A stretch of 26,269 nt of DNA from a virus (taxonomy: Duplodnaviria; Caudoviricetes). Position numbers and translations under genes: made by a program. This document shows, in pieces, positions 7,702-16,472 of this stretch. Each line of letters starts with the position of its first letter. Positions within the stretch are counted from its first letter, which is position 1. The notes beneath the pieces are model-generated. The model had not been told where the DNA came from. It was given only the letters and a program-made list of their open reading frames with translations, and did no database searches. The stretch covers positions 1 to 26,269 of IMG/VR virus record IMGVR_UViG_3300031452_000120, one strand, 5' to 3'.

Positions 7702-8007
7702 ATGAGCCACAACGATGACCACGTAACCTTCGCAACCGCGAGCGACCTGCTCGTGATGGTCCAGGAAGCGACCGTCGAGGCGATGCGTCGCCTGCCTCGG
7801 GACGTCCATAACCCGGCCATCATCGGACTCATCCTGGCGACCCACGCCATCACCGCCGCCGACCAATCGCTCAAAGAGGAGGGCCTGCCGGCGGACAATG
7901 CGACCCGCGTCCGTCTCGCCGCCCTACGCCGCGAGGTCGGAGACCTGGCTGGCTTGAGGGATGATGACGAGATACCGCCCGCCTTCCGGGCGGCCTTCGA
8001 TGCGTAG
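7702..8007 (+). CDS. Hypothetical protein
   Basis: AAGGAG RBS; 101 aa, directly upstream of the integrase. Confidence 0.7.
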   Translation: MSHNDDHVTFATASDLLVMVQEATVEAMRRLPRDVHNPAIIGLILATHAITAADQSLKEEGLPADNATRVRLAALRREVGDLAGLRDDDEIPPAFRAAFDA

Positions 8008-8034
8008 CCCGGTGGCCGACAGGGAGCACACGAC

Positions 8035-9072
8035 ATGACAGCAACAGCAACCGGCGCGGCCGATCACGCCACCAGCGAGAGCAGCCGCGCCGTCGTGCTC
8101 TATCGGGGCGACGGGCTGGATAACGCCGGTGTCTGGGCCAGCATGGGCGAGGGTGAGCGCAAGCGCCGCGCCATGGCCGCCGCCGTCAACCGCGACACCG
8201 ACACGCTCCTTGGCCTCGCCGAAAGTTGGCTCCGGCTATATGGCCGTCGTGAGGGCCAGACGCGCCCGCTGACGATCGCGGCCTACAAGCAGGGGATACG
8301 CGCCCTGCTCGCCGCATGGAACGCCACGCCGCTGCTCACGGCCACGAGCAACGACGCCGCCCTCTGGCTACGGCGCCTCACAGGACGCCCCGACAAGGGA
8401 ACGGGCGTCGTGCGGCCGGCGAAACCGTCGACGCTCGTGCGCTACCGCGCCGCGGGCCGGGTGCTCTACAGCGCCCTGCGTTGGGCCGGGGCCACGACCG
8501 GCGATCCCTTCGCCGACGCCCGCGTGGCCTCCGACCCGACGCCCGTAGACGAGCGGCGCAAACCCTACGACCCCGACGCTGTGGATCGGCTGATCGCCCA
8601 GGCTACGGCCGAGGACCGCGTGCTGCTCCTGCTCGCCGCGCACGCCGGCCTGCGCGTCCAGGAGGCCCTGGACCTCACCTGGCCCGATATCAACCTGGAC
8701 AGCGGGCAGTTAACGGTCGTCGCCGGCAAGGGCGGTAAGAAGCGCACCGTCGCGATGAGCGCAAGCCTGGTCGACGCGCTACGCGATCTCAGGCGGACGG
8801 GGCCGCGCGCCATCGGGGAACATGCCCGTTATGTGCTGCCGTATCGCACGGCCATCAGCGCCCGCCGTCGTCTACAGGTCCTCTGTACGCGCGCCGGCGT
8901 CACATACATGGGCATGCACTCCTTGCGCCATAGCGCCGGGACAAGGCTTTACAGCGAAACAGGGGATTTGGACACGACCGCGCGCCATCTAGGCCATGCG
9001 TCCATCGAGACAACCCGGATCTACGCCCACTGGTCGGATAAAACATTGAAGAAGACACTGGCGACGTGGTAA
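8035..9072 (+). CDS. int: Tyrosine recombinase/integrase
   Basis: Catalytic motifs AGLRVQEAL, GKGGKKR, HSLRH and LGHASIETTRIY. Confidence 0.95.
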   Translation: MTATATGAADHATSESSRAVVLYRGDGLDNAGVWASMGEGERKRRAMAAAVNRDTDTLLGLAESWLRLYGRREGQTRPLTIAAYKQGIRALLAAWNATPLLTATSNDAALWLRRLTGRPDKGTGVVRPAKPSTLVRYRAAGRVLYSALRWAGATTGDPFADARVASDPTPVDERRKPYDPDAVDRLIAQATAEDRVLLLLAAHAGLRVQEALDLTWPDINLDSGQLTVVAGKGGKKRTVAMSASLVDALRDLRRTGPRAIGEHARYVLPYRTAISARRRLQVLCTRAGVTYMGMHSLRHSAGTRLYSETGDLDTTARHLGHASIETTRIYAHWSDKTLKKTLATW

Positions 9073-9087
9073 CGATAGACACGAGGG

Positions 9088-9189
9088 CAAGAGGTCGCCG
9101 AGATGCTCGGCCACGCGCAACTAGACACAGCCAGGGTGTATGCACATTGGAGTAACGAACGACAGCGCGCGACCGTAGGAGAATGGTGA
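9088..9189 (+). pseudogene. Second integrase C-terminal fragment
   Basis: Translates as QEVAEMLGHAQLDTARVYAHWSNERQRATVGEW*, colinear with the real terminus TTARHLGHASIETTRIYAHWSDKTLKKTLATW*. Confidence 0.85.
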
Positions 9190-11153
9190 AAATGGTACTG
9201 ATTGTAGACGCACTTCCGATCCCCGATGGATACCCCGACCCGACGGACGATCAGGCGGACGATTGGGCCGCCATCCCCCTGGAGTTTATAGAATCGCTCG
9301 CCGACCAGGAACGGAACGACCTACTCGCCCTCACGACCGATCTCTTCAACGCGCCCCCCGAGGAGCGCGCCCTCCGCGCAACCCTCTTATTTGAGAAAAT
9401 CGAAGCGGCCAAGGGCTATGCGCCAATCACTGATGAGCACAAACAATGGATCGTTGAGGCATTGGAAGAGATGGCAGCCCTACGGGCTGTACGCGTCAAG
9501 GAAAACGCCGAACGGGCGGCGCTATCATGGATTATGCAGACATTGACGGGTCAATATCAGCCAGCGCCGCCCTCTCCACCTTTAGCCAATCTTAACACGT
9601 CACTCGAACCCCTATATCTACAACGGCTAGACGGAACAACCACCGCTATCCCTCTGCCCAATATTACGGACGAAGAATTCCAGCAAATGATGCAAGAATT
9701 CCCCGTTGGGTGGACTGAAATGGGAGCCAAACGACAACAGGCGAATGAATGGATCGAACAACACAGCGTTGACCTGACACCAGAAGAATGGACAACCGCG
9801 TGGAACGCCGCTCGTGAGGCAACACACGCTACGCAAACATCGTCATCACCCGTCACCGCCACATTTGCTGCCCTACGCGAAACGTGGCAGCAGTTTGGAT
9901 ACTTACCCTACAACGGGTTAGACCTACGTCGACCCACCGAGAAGGTCCCGCAATGGGTTCTCGAAGCATACCTGTTAGTCAAACTTCCCCAAAGGCTACC
10001 ACGCCCTATTATCGCTCCAGCGTTCATGCATGACGGACGTGAAGGCCTTGGTCGTATCTCATCGGATCAGATCACGTTTGGCTTGTACGATGCGCTGATA
10101 GCGCCTAAAGATGCATGGGCAAAGACCGCTAAAGGGTGGCCTATTTATAGGCCTGATCCAAACAGCGACACGCTAGCGATAAGGGTTTTTCCAGTCGTAG
10201 AGAATCCCAACAACCTTGACGCCCAACGCGCTGAGATGTGGCACATTGTGCATGAGTTGGGCGTGAGCGACTTTGATGTTATCGCTATGATGATGGCACA
10301 AGTACTCGTTGAAGGTCGGTCAGATGGGCGCGCTATCTTATTAGCGGATACGATGCTTGATTATCGAGGGAAGTCTCGCCGGCGCGATGAAGATGGGCAC
10401 TCAGCAGGACATCAGCCAAAACTGCGTGCGAACATCGCTGAGAGTGTCTACCGAGTCGCCCATCTTCGCATTACGGCGGATGCATTACCTCTTCTTACCT
10501 ACAACGCTAAAGGAGGCCTTGCAAAATCCGCAATGAACATCAACGCCCCTGTTGTGGAGTTACACAGCAACTATAGTCGTCAACGCGACGATAAAACATT
10601 GCTTTGGGAATACAGCCTCGGACGCTGGTTTATGACATTCCGTGAAAAGCCCCATGCATATACGGCCTATATGCTTGAGCGCGCGTTAAGCTACCACCCC
10701 ATTAAACAACAGTGGGCAAAACAGCTTGCATACTACCTCGCGTTGGAGATGCGACGTAACGCTGACAATGGACAGGAGCTGCACCGACCAGCCGCTTGGT
10801 TTATCAAGGGTGCGCGTATCCCCTGCGATCAACGTTATGCCTTGAAGGTTAAGGATCGACTAGAAAAAGGGTTACGTCAATTGGCCAAGGATGGACTCAT
10901 ACGCATCGTACAAGACGATGACATCATTGACGCGTCAAGCGTGGCACTTGACCAATGGAGCCCAAAAGGTGCTGACGACCTCAAAGGGCGCAACTGGCTA
11001 GGAGGGTATCTTAAGCTCAACGTCGGCGTTCGCTGCGACGCTGACACTGAAGGCCGCTATGACATCGAAATACGCAAGCGCAAGGCCATCGCGCAAGAGC
11101 AAAGGGCGAAAAAATCGACAGGGGGCAAGGGCAAAAAGGGCACGGCAAAGTGA
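9183..11153 (+). CDS. Putative replication initiator (unrecognised family, 656 aa)
   Basis: Long ORF with visibly lower GC, immediately followed by iterons, helicase and primase; function inferred from context only. Confidence 0.6.
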   Translation: MVKMVLIVDALPIPDGYPDPTDDQADDWAAIPLEFIESLADQERNDLLALTTDLFNAPPEERALRATLLFEKIEAAKGYAPITDEHKQWIVEALEEMAALRAVRVKENAERAALSWIMQTLTGQYQPAPPSPPLANLNTSLEPLYLQRLDGTTTAIPLPNITDEEFQQMMQEFPVGWTEMGAKRQQANEWIEQHSVDLTPEEWTTAWNAAREATHATQTSSSPVTATFAALRETWQQFGYLPYNGLDLRRPTEKVPQWVLEAYLLVKLPQRLPRPIIAPAFMHDGREGLGRISSDQITFGLYDALIAPKDAWAKTAKGWPIYRPDPNSDTLAIRVFPVVENPNNLDAQRAEMWHIVHELGVSDFDVIAMMMAQVLVEGRSDGRAILLADTMLDYRGKSRRRDEDGHSAGHQPKLRANIAESVYRVAHLRITADALPLLTYNAKGGLAKSAMNINAPVVELHSNYSRQRDDKTLLWEYSLGRWFMTFREKPHAYTAYMLERALSYHPIKQQWAKQLAYYLALEMRRNADNGQELHRPAAWFIKGARIPCDQRYALKVKDRLEKGLRQLAKDGLIRIVQDDDIIDASSVALDQWSPKGADDLKGRNWLGGYLKLNVGVRCDADTEGRYDIEIRKRKAIAQEQRAKKSTGGKGKKGTAK

Positions 11154-11167
11154 GTGTCTATCGTTTT

Positions 11168-11280
11168 ACCCCGATACTAGCCCTCACAAACCCCGATACT
11201 AGCCCTCACAAACCCCGATACTAGCCCTCACTGAAACACCCGTAAATCGGGGATTAATAGTCTTAATAGACTAACTGACG
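11168..11280 (+). repeat. Iteron-type replication origin
   Basis: Tandem 22-bp unit ACCCCGATACTAGCCCTCACAA at 11168, 11190 and 11212 (third copy 20 bp); an inverted half-site ATCGGGG follows, then AT-rich TTAATAGTC TTAATAGAC repeats. Confidence 0.85.
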
Positions 11281-11415
11281 CAGCGGCGGGCTTGCTTACG
11301 CAAGCCGCTCGCGCGAAGATACGGAAGTGGAGGGACAACCTGCCCACCAAAAGAAACGACCGGCCGCTGTTGTTACCAGCGAACCGGCCAATAGCAAACG
11401 GGAGCTTGCTACACC

Positions 11416-12471
11416 ATGAATGATACCAACACGCAGAGCGAAACCATCGAGCGCTTGCTCGCGATCGCCGCCGGCATCGCGGCGGCTGCCCAGCAACCAG
11501 GCCAGACCGACGACACGTTACGCGCCCTCGCCGAGCAGGCGGTCGAGAGCCTGCTTCCCATTGGTCGCGATCCTGGCGCCACGCGCCACCTCATACAACT
11601 CGGCGATCTTGAGGACGCGCTCTTCTCCGACTACGGGAAGCGCCAGGCCGCCGCCGCGGCGAACGGTGGCGTCGTCGGCGTGCGGACCGGGCTCAATCAC
11701 CTTGACGAGGCGCTCAACGGCATGGAGCCCGGCAAGCTTTACATGCTGGCGGCGATGCCTGGTACGGGCAAGACGACGTTGGCGCTCCAGTGGGCCGCGA
11801 CCGTGGCGCAGGCGGGATCGACGGCGCTCTATCTCTCGCTGGAGAATGACAGCATCGACCTCGCGCGCAAGCTCGCGTGTCGGCTGGGCCAGGTCCGCTA
11901 CTCCGAGGCCCTCAAAGGGAAGTTGAGCCGACAGGACTGGACTATAGCTGTACAGTCGCTCCAACGGTTACAGGGACGGCTCTTCCTATCGACGCCCCGC
12001 GCGTCCATGCCCGACCTGCCGTCACTCGTGGAGTCCTTTAAGGACTACATGGGAGCGCCCCCCGCGCTCATTGTTATCGACTACTTGCAAGCGTGGGTAA
12101 AGCGTACGGTCGGCGCGGCCGGCGAGGGGGATGATGTCCGTTCGCGGATCGATCGCTTTACCCCCGAGTTACGGGCGCTCGGCGAGCGGTACGGGTGTGC
12201 GGTCCTCGCCATCAGCGCGCAGAACCGCGCCAACTACCTCAATGGCGGCATGGCGGCCATGAAAGAATCGGGCGACCTTGAGTACAACGCCGATGCGATT
12301 TTGACCCTGAGCAAGTCCGACGAGAAAGACAAAACCTACGATATCACGCGCGATCCTCGCCTGATTCCTCTCAAGCTGACCCTGGACAAAAACCGCCAGG
12401 GCGTTGCGGGATCTCTTATCAAGCTCGTGTTCGACGCCGACTACTGCATGGTCGAGGAGGAGGACCGATGA
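11416..12471 (+). CDS. DnaB-like (SF4) replicative helicase
   Basis: TGLNHLD, Walker A MPGTGKT, YLSLE, IVIDYLQ, ISAQNR, KESGDLEYNAD and KNRQG motifs; N-terminal domain short. Confidence 0.92.
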   Translation: MNDTNTQSETIERLLAIAAGIAAAAQQPGQTDDTLRALAEQAVESLLPIGRDPGATRHLIQLGDLEDALFSDYGKRQAAAAANGGVVGVRTGLNHLDEALNGMEPGKLYMLAAMPGTGKTTLALQWAATVAQAGSTALYLSLENDSIDLARKLACRLGQVRYSEALKGKLSRQDWTIAVQSLQRLQGRLFLSTPRASMPDLPSLVESFKDYMGAPPALIVIDYLQAWVKRTVGAAGEGDDVRSRIDRFTPELRALGERYGCAVLAISAQNRANYLNGGMAAMKESGDLEYNADAILTLSKSDEKDKTYDITRDPRLIPLKLTLDKNRQGVAGSLIKLVFDADYCMVEEEDR

Positions 12472-13766
12472 GCCAGCGCGGACCCGGTACTCCTCTCGAC
12501 CTGGCGCGGACAAAGGACGGCCGCGCCATCCTCAGCCACGCCGACCTCGACGCCTACGACTTTACGCCCCAGCGCTCGGGCGGCCGTGACCGCTACTTCT
12601 GCCCGATCCACGGCGGCGACCATCAGCGCTCACTCTCCGTCGACCCGGACACGGGCAAGTACAAGTGCCATACCTGCGGCGAGACTGGAACGCTGCGCGA
12701 CCACTGGCCCAACGCCGACGGGAAGCCAGCCCGGCCGGCGCGCGCCCTCTCCATCGAAGAGATAGGGCGCCACGCCCTCGCGGCCCAGCGGCGGGCCGAG
12801 GAGGAGCGGACCGCACGCCTCGGCGCGGACCTGCCCACGCAAGCGGCCACGTTTATAGAGCGCCTGGGCGCGATGAGCGCGGCGTTACGCGTACCGGACT
12901 GCCCTGGGGCCGTCTATCTCCGCAGTCGCGGCCTTGACCCCGTACACGCCGCCTTGTTAGGCGTGGGCTATGCGGAGCCTAACGCGTGGCCGGGCGATCG
13001 CTTCAAGAACGATGGGCGTGGGTTCACGACCGGGCGCGTCGTCTATCCGCTCGCTGATCCCGTGACGGGGCGCATTGTGAGCGCCGTTGGCCGGCTGTGT
13101 ACCGATCTACAGCCGACGTGGCCCGAGGAAAAGCAGAAGGATTTTAAGGGGCTCAAGCAACGCAAGCTCACGGGCTGTCCCGCCGGCGTGTGGCCCTATG
13201 CCAGCCTAGTGACCGCACGCGAACAGGGGACACCGCTGGTGCTCGTCGAGGGGCCGGCCGATGCATTGGCCCTGATGCGTTACGGAACGTTGCCCTACCC
13301 GGTTCTGGCGCTCATCGGCACGGCCGACGTGCTGCCCCATGCGAGCCTGCGCGGCGTCGTCGGCGTCGTGGCCGCTCTCGACGCCGACGACGCCGGCGCG
13401 ATTGCGACGCGTAAGCTGCGCGTGGACCTGCCGATCGGGGCGGGTGTGCCCGTCGAGGCGCCGGAGGCTGGCTGGCTCGGCGACGCGAAGGACGCCGGCG
13501 AGCTTGCCGCGCGCTGTGTCGTGCCGGGTAATGATAACGTCGAGGATCTCGACGCGGCGCTCGCGCTGGCCCATGCCCTTGATGCCCTCACACGCGCTGG
13601 TGAGTGCTTGGTTATGACGGTGGCGGCTGCCCTGGTGGACGACGGTGAGGACGACGACCTTATTGGCCCTAGCACGCCTCCAGCGCCCCTGATCGAGACC
13701 TGCATCCATTGCGGTTGCTGGAGCGCCGGCGGCGTCTGCTGCCCTACATGCATGCAGGCAATATAA
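12468..13766 (+). CDS. DNA primase-like protein (CHC2 zinc finger plus TOPRIM)
   Basis: CPIH...KCHTCG, YLRSRGL, LVEGPADALAL, ALDADDAG and KDAGE motifs; ATGA overlap with the helicase. Confidence 0.9.
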   Translation: MSQRGPGTPLDLARTKDGRAILSHADLDAYDFTPQRSGGRDRYFCPIHGGDHQRSLSVDPDTGKYKCHTCGETGTLRDHWPNADGKPARPARALSIEEIGRHALAAQRRAEEERTARLGADLPTQAATFIERLGAMSAALRVPDCPGAVYLRSRGLDPVHAALLGVGYAEPNAWPGDRFKNDGRGFTTGRVVYPLADPVTGRIVSAVGRLCTDLQPTWPEEKQKDFKGLKQRKLTGCPAGVWPYASLVTAREQGTPLVLVEGPADALALMRYGTLPYPVLALIGTADVLPHASLRGVVGVVAALDADDAGAIATRKLRVDLPIGAGVPVEAPEAGWLGDAKDAGELAARCVVPGNDNVEDLDAALALAHALDALTRAGECLVMTVAAALVDDGEDDDLIGPSTPPAPLIETCIHCGCWSAGGVCCPTCMQAI

Positions 13767-13918
13767 CACGCCGTCGCTATCACCCCGCATATAAAGACGC
13801 ACTATCAATCGTCGAAGACACTAAGTAACGACGTGGGTAACTCCCCAAAATATCTGTACTTAACTTGCCATAACTGTTAAAATGGAAGTAGTGAAAAGAA
13901 CCGAAAAGAGGGGGCGGG

Positions 13919-14119
13919 ATGATAGCCACGACAGGCGAGCGGCATGAGACGCTGCTAACTGTTCCCGAAGCAGCGCAGCGGCTGCGCACGTCGTATGCGA
14001 CGACGCTCTCGCTGATTCACCGGGGCCAGCTCCCGGCGGCGAAGGTTGGCAGGGCGTACAGGGTCAGACCGGCGGCGCTCGACGAGGCGCTACGGCGGCT
14101 CGAAGCGGCGACGACGTGA
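13919..14119 (+). CDS. Excisionase-like HTH DNA-binding protein
   Basis: LLTVPEAAQRLRTSYATTLSLIHRGQLPAAKVGRAYRV. Confidence 0.88.
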   Translation: MIATTGERHETLLTVPEAAQRLRTSYATTLSLIHRGQLPAAKVGRAYRVRPAALDEALRRLEAATT

Positions 14120-14175
14120 CGATGATGAAGGGCGCGAAAGCGCTCTTCTCTCGTTTTTGAGAGGTATGTCGTGGA

Positions 14176-14676
14176 ATGAGTTCCTATCAAAAATCCGACC
14201 TAACGTTTTTTGCTCGTGAGCGCGCCGACGGCCGCTACGGCTTTTGGTGGCTAGCCGATAGCGCCACTTGGGCAGCCGCGAAAAACGACCTGCGGGCGAG
14301 TTTCCCCCACCACACGGGCCTAAAATATGACGGCCAGGCGCGCGAGTGGACGCTCCCACGCTATTCGGTCGAGCGCTTGCAACGGTGGGCCGACGCGTGG
14401 GCCTCGCAGCAAGAATGGAATGCGGCCCAGCGTAACGGCCAGCAACGGCACTCTGAGCGCACTCAGGACGCTCCAGCCGCGCCAGCGTCCTCTCCCTACC
14501 GTGCGCTCTATCTGTTGCCCGATGCGCCTTTGTGGGCGGCCGAGGCGGTCTATCGTGCCGCGCAGAAGTTGGCGCATCCCGACGTCGTTGGCGGCGACCA
14601 TGCCCAGGCCGTCGCGCTGAACACGGCGATACGGGAGATACGGGAGGCTCAGGAGCGCCAGGCGAGGGCGTCATGA
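14176..14676 (+). CDS. Protein with C-terminal J-domain
   Basis: PYRALYLLPDA...AVYRAAQKLAHPDVVGGDHAQAVALNTA with an intact HPD motif. Confidence 0.8.
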   Translation: MSSYQKSDLTFFARERADGRYGFWWLADSATWAAAKNDLRASFPHHTGLKYDGQAREWTLPRYSVERLQRWADAWASQQEWNAAQRNGQQRHSERTQDAPAAPASSPYRALYLLPDAPLWAAEAVYRAAQKLAHPDVVGGDHAQAVALNTAIREIREAQERQARAS

Positions 14677-15068
14677 GTTACAGCAATGACAATGCCGAAC
14701 CCCTCAAGTTACACACCCATCACGACCTCGCCGGCGATGGCGCCCCGCGCATGACCAAGGCGATGGAGCGGTACATAGCGCGGCCCCAGGCCCGCGTGAC
14801 GCGACCTGGCGACCTGCCCGCGCCGCTCGCGCTCCCCGCGGCGTGGGCCAGACTCCAGGCACAGGAGCCGCGTCTGGCGCGTACCCTTGCCGCCACGGTC
14901 ATGCGGGGCCTGAGCCCGCGAAAAGCCGCGCCGGGCCTGGGGTTCTGTTTTAAGACGGTCTCCACTGACAAGGGCGCGGGCATGGCACAGTTGGAGGTCT
15001 GGACAGGTCTCCCGTCATCTGAGGTTGCGCGTCAGCTATGCGCTCTTGCGCTTTTACACGCTGCATGA
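14673..15068 (+). CDS. Sigma-70 region 4-like HTH protein (possible late regulator)
   Basis: LQAQEPRLARTL...VMRGLSPRKAAPGLGFCFKTVSTDKGAGMAQL; ATGA overlap with the J-domain gene. Confidence 0.55.
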   Translation: MSYSNDNAEPLKLHTHHDLAGDGAPRMTKAMERYIARPQARVTRPGDLPAPLALPAAWARLQAQEPRLARTLAATVMRGLSPRKAAPGLGFCFKTVSTDKGAGMAQLEVWTGLPSSEVARQLCALALLHAA

Positions 15069-15097
15069 TAGCATTAGTATTACGTACAGTTGTCTGT

Positions 15098-15136
15098 AGG
15101 GCCGCTATTCCACATGGAATAGCGGCCCTTTGTATT
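15098..15136 (+). terminator. Perfect hairpin, terminator-like
   Basis: AGGGCCGCTATTCCA-CA-TGGAATAGCGGCCCT (15-bp arms) followed by TTGTATT. Confidence 0.6.
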
Positions 15137-15156
15137 GCGCGGAAGGAGACGGGGAC

Positions 15157-15375
15157 ATGGTAGCCGAGACAGACACGCCGCGCGGAGCACCGGGCAGGCC
15201 GGGAGGGTCGTCGCTCCAGCCGGCGAGACCGCTCCTGATTCAGGTGCGCGTGACCCTGGGTGAGAAAGAACGCATCCTCGATCTAGCGAGGGCACAGGGG
15301 GCGGAGAATATGTCCAGTTATATGCGGCGCTGTGCGCTGCGTCCGCTCAATGACGGGCCACGTTCGGCGGCGTAG
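15157..15375 (+). CDS. MobC/NikA-like ribbon-helix-helix protein
   Basis: LIQVRVTLGEKERILDLARAQGAENMSSYMRRCAL; AAGGAG RBS. Confidence 0.75.
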   Translation: MVAETDTPRGAPGRPGGSSLQPARPLLIQVRVTLGEKERILDLARAQGAENMSSYMRRCALRPLNDGPRSAA

Positions 15376-15433
15376 GTAGGGGGGCGGTGGCGGTGTGTCG
15401 CTAAAGGGGAACGTGGCAACCGCGCCGCAGCCG

Positions 15434-15643
15434 TTATGCTTGCCCGTCCGCCGAGATGTCCCGCTCAAGGATCTTCCCCTTCTCATATGGCCGCATCCGT
15501 AACCAGATGTCCGCCAGGCACCGTTGGCAGAGCAGCCGATCGCCATAGACCTGCCGCCGCCGGGCGTAGGCCGGGGCGGCCAGGGTGAAGGGGGCACGGC
15601 AAGCCGTGCATGTGAGCGTCACAGGGGATGCATGTTTCGTCAT
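15434..15643 (-). CDS. Zinc-ribbon protein
   Basis: LTCTACRAPF...LCQRC; GGAG RBS. Confidence 0.65.
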   Translation of the reverse strand: MTKHASPVTLTCTACRAPFTLAAPAYARRRQVYGDRLLCQRCLADIWLRMRPYEKGKILERDISADGQA

Positions 15644-15673
15644 GATCTGTCTCCGACCTGATGAGGATAAGAA

Positions 15674-15811
15674 CTAGGCTGCCGACGGCCACGTAAAAAG
15701 AGGACTCGGGATAAGCCCCGAGATAATGAGTCCGTGTCGATGCGGGGTGACGGGGCCTACGTTGCTGTCGGCAGCTTGGCCTTCACCTAGTAATCGCCGA
15801 TGTGTCACCCC
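15674..15811 (+). ncRNA. Candidate structured RNA, unknown class
   Basis: 22-nt arms 15674-15695 and 15758-15779 pair with three G-U pairs and one mismatch on the plus strand; inner stems present; loop GGGGTGAC is complementary to downstream GTCACCCC. Confidence 0.4.
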
Positions 15812-15938
15812 TACCAACATCCCCCATTCGGGCCACGCGCCTGCGGGTGATTAAAAACATCGTGATCGTCGTCATGGGCCAGCCCGATTGCGCGCCATGT
15901 AGCAGAGCCGTGCGGGGGCGGCCTGAGAGGATGCACCT

Positions 15939-16406
15939 ATGATAGACAACAAGCGGACACTGGCCGCCACCGACCTAACCGACCTACGCGCGGCCGAGCG
16001 CGTCGTCGCGGAGCGCGTCGCCGCCGTGAGCGCGCTGCGGTCGGCCGCGATCGGATACATGGACCGCATGCGACTGACTATGGGAGACACTGCGAGCGCC
16101 GCCGATGCCGAGATCGCCGAGGCGTTGCGCGAGTTGTGGGCGCTTGCCAACCGGATGCGGACGCCGGAGCCCGGCGACGTGGTCGTCTGGCAGGAGGTGG
16201 AGAGTGTCGTGCTCGCGGCCGTCTGCACGCTAGGCTCATTTAGGCAAGTACTCGCGCCTGTCATCGAGCAGATTGCGGCCACAGTGCAGGTGATGGGACC
16301 GTTGGTGCAGCTGACTCAGGACGAAGTGGACGCACGCGCCACCCTGGTCATCGCCGAACGTACGACCGCGCTGGCCGAAGACGCGGCCCGTTACCCAGTT
16401 CAGTAG
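15939..16406 (+). CDS. Hypothetical helical protein
   Basis: GAGGA RBS; 155 aa, upstream of the tape-measure-like gene. Confidence 0.7.
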   Translation: MIDNKRTLAATDLTDLRAAERVVAERVAAVSALRSAAIGYMDRMRLTMGDTASAADAEIAEALRELWALANRMRTPEPGDVVVWQEVESVVLAAVCTLGSFRQVLAPVIEQIAATVQVMGPLVQLTQDEVDARATLVIAERTTALAEDAARYPVQ

Positions 16407-16472
16407 TATTAACATGCGACATGTCGGGCGCACTCTACGCGCCGGGCCGTATCCCCTAAAGAGCACTTTTCG

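Noticed and set aside
7548-7718. Short ORF MTKGGGNL... upstream of 7702
   Set aside because: Under 60 aa, with no RBS or motif; insufficient support.
9070-9090. Readthrough from the integrase into the spare C-terminus
   Set aside because: Two stops (TAA, TAG) intervene.
15658-15690. CTGATGAG resembling a hammerhead ribozyme core
   Set aside because: No stem II followed by GAAA, so the catalytic core cannot be completed.
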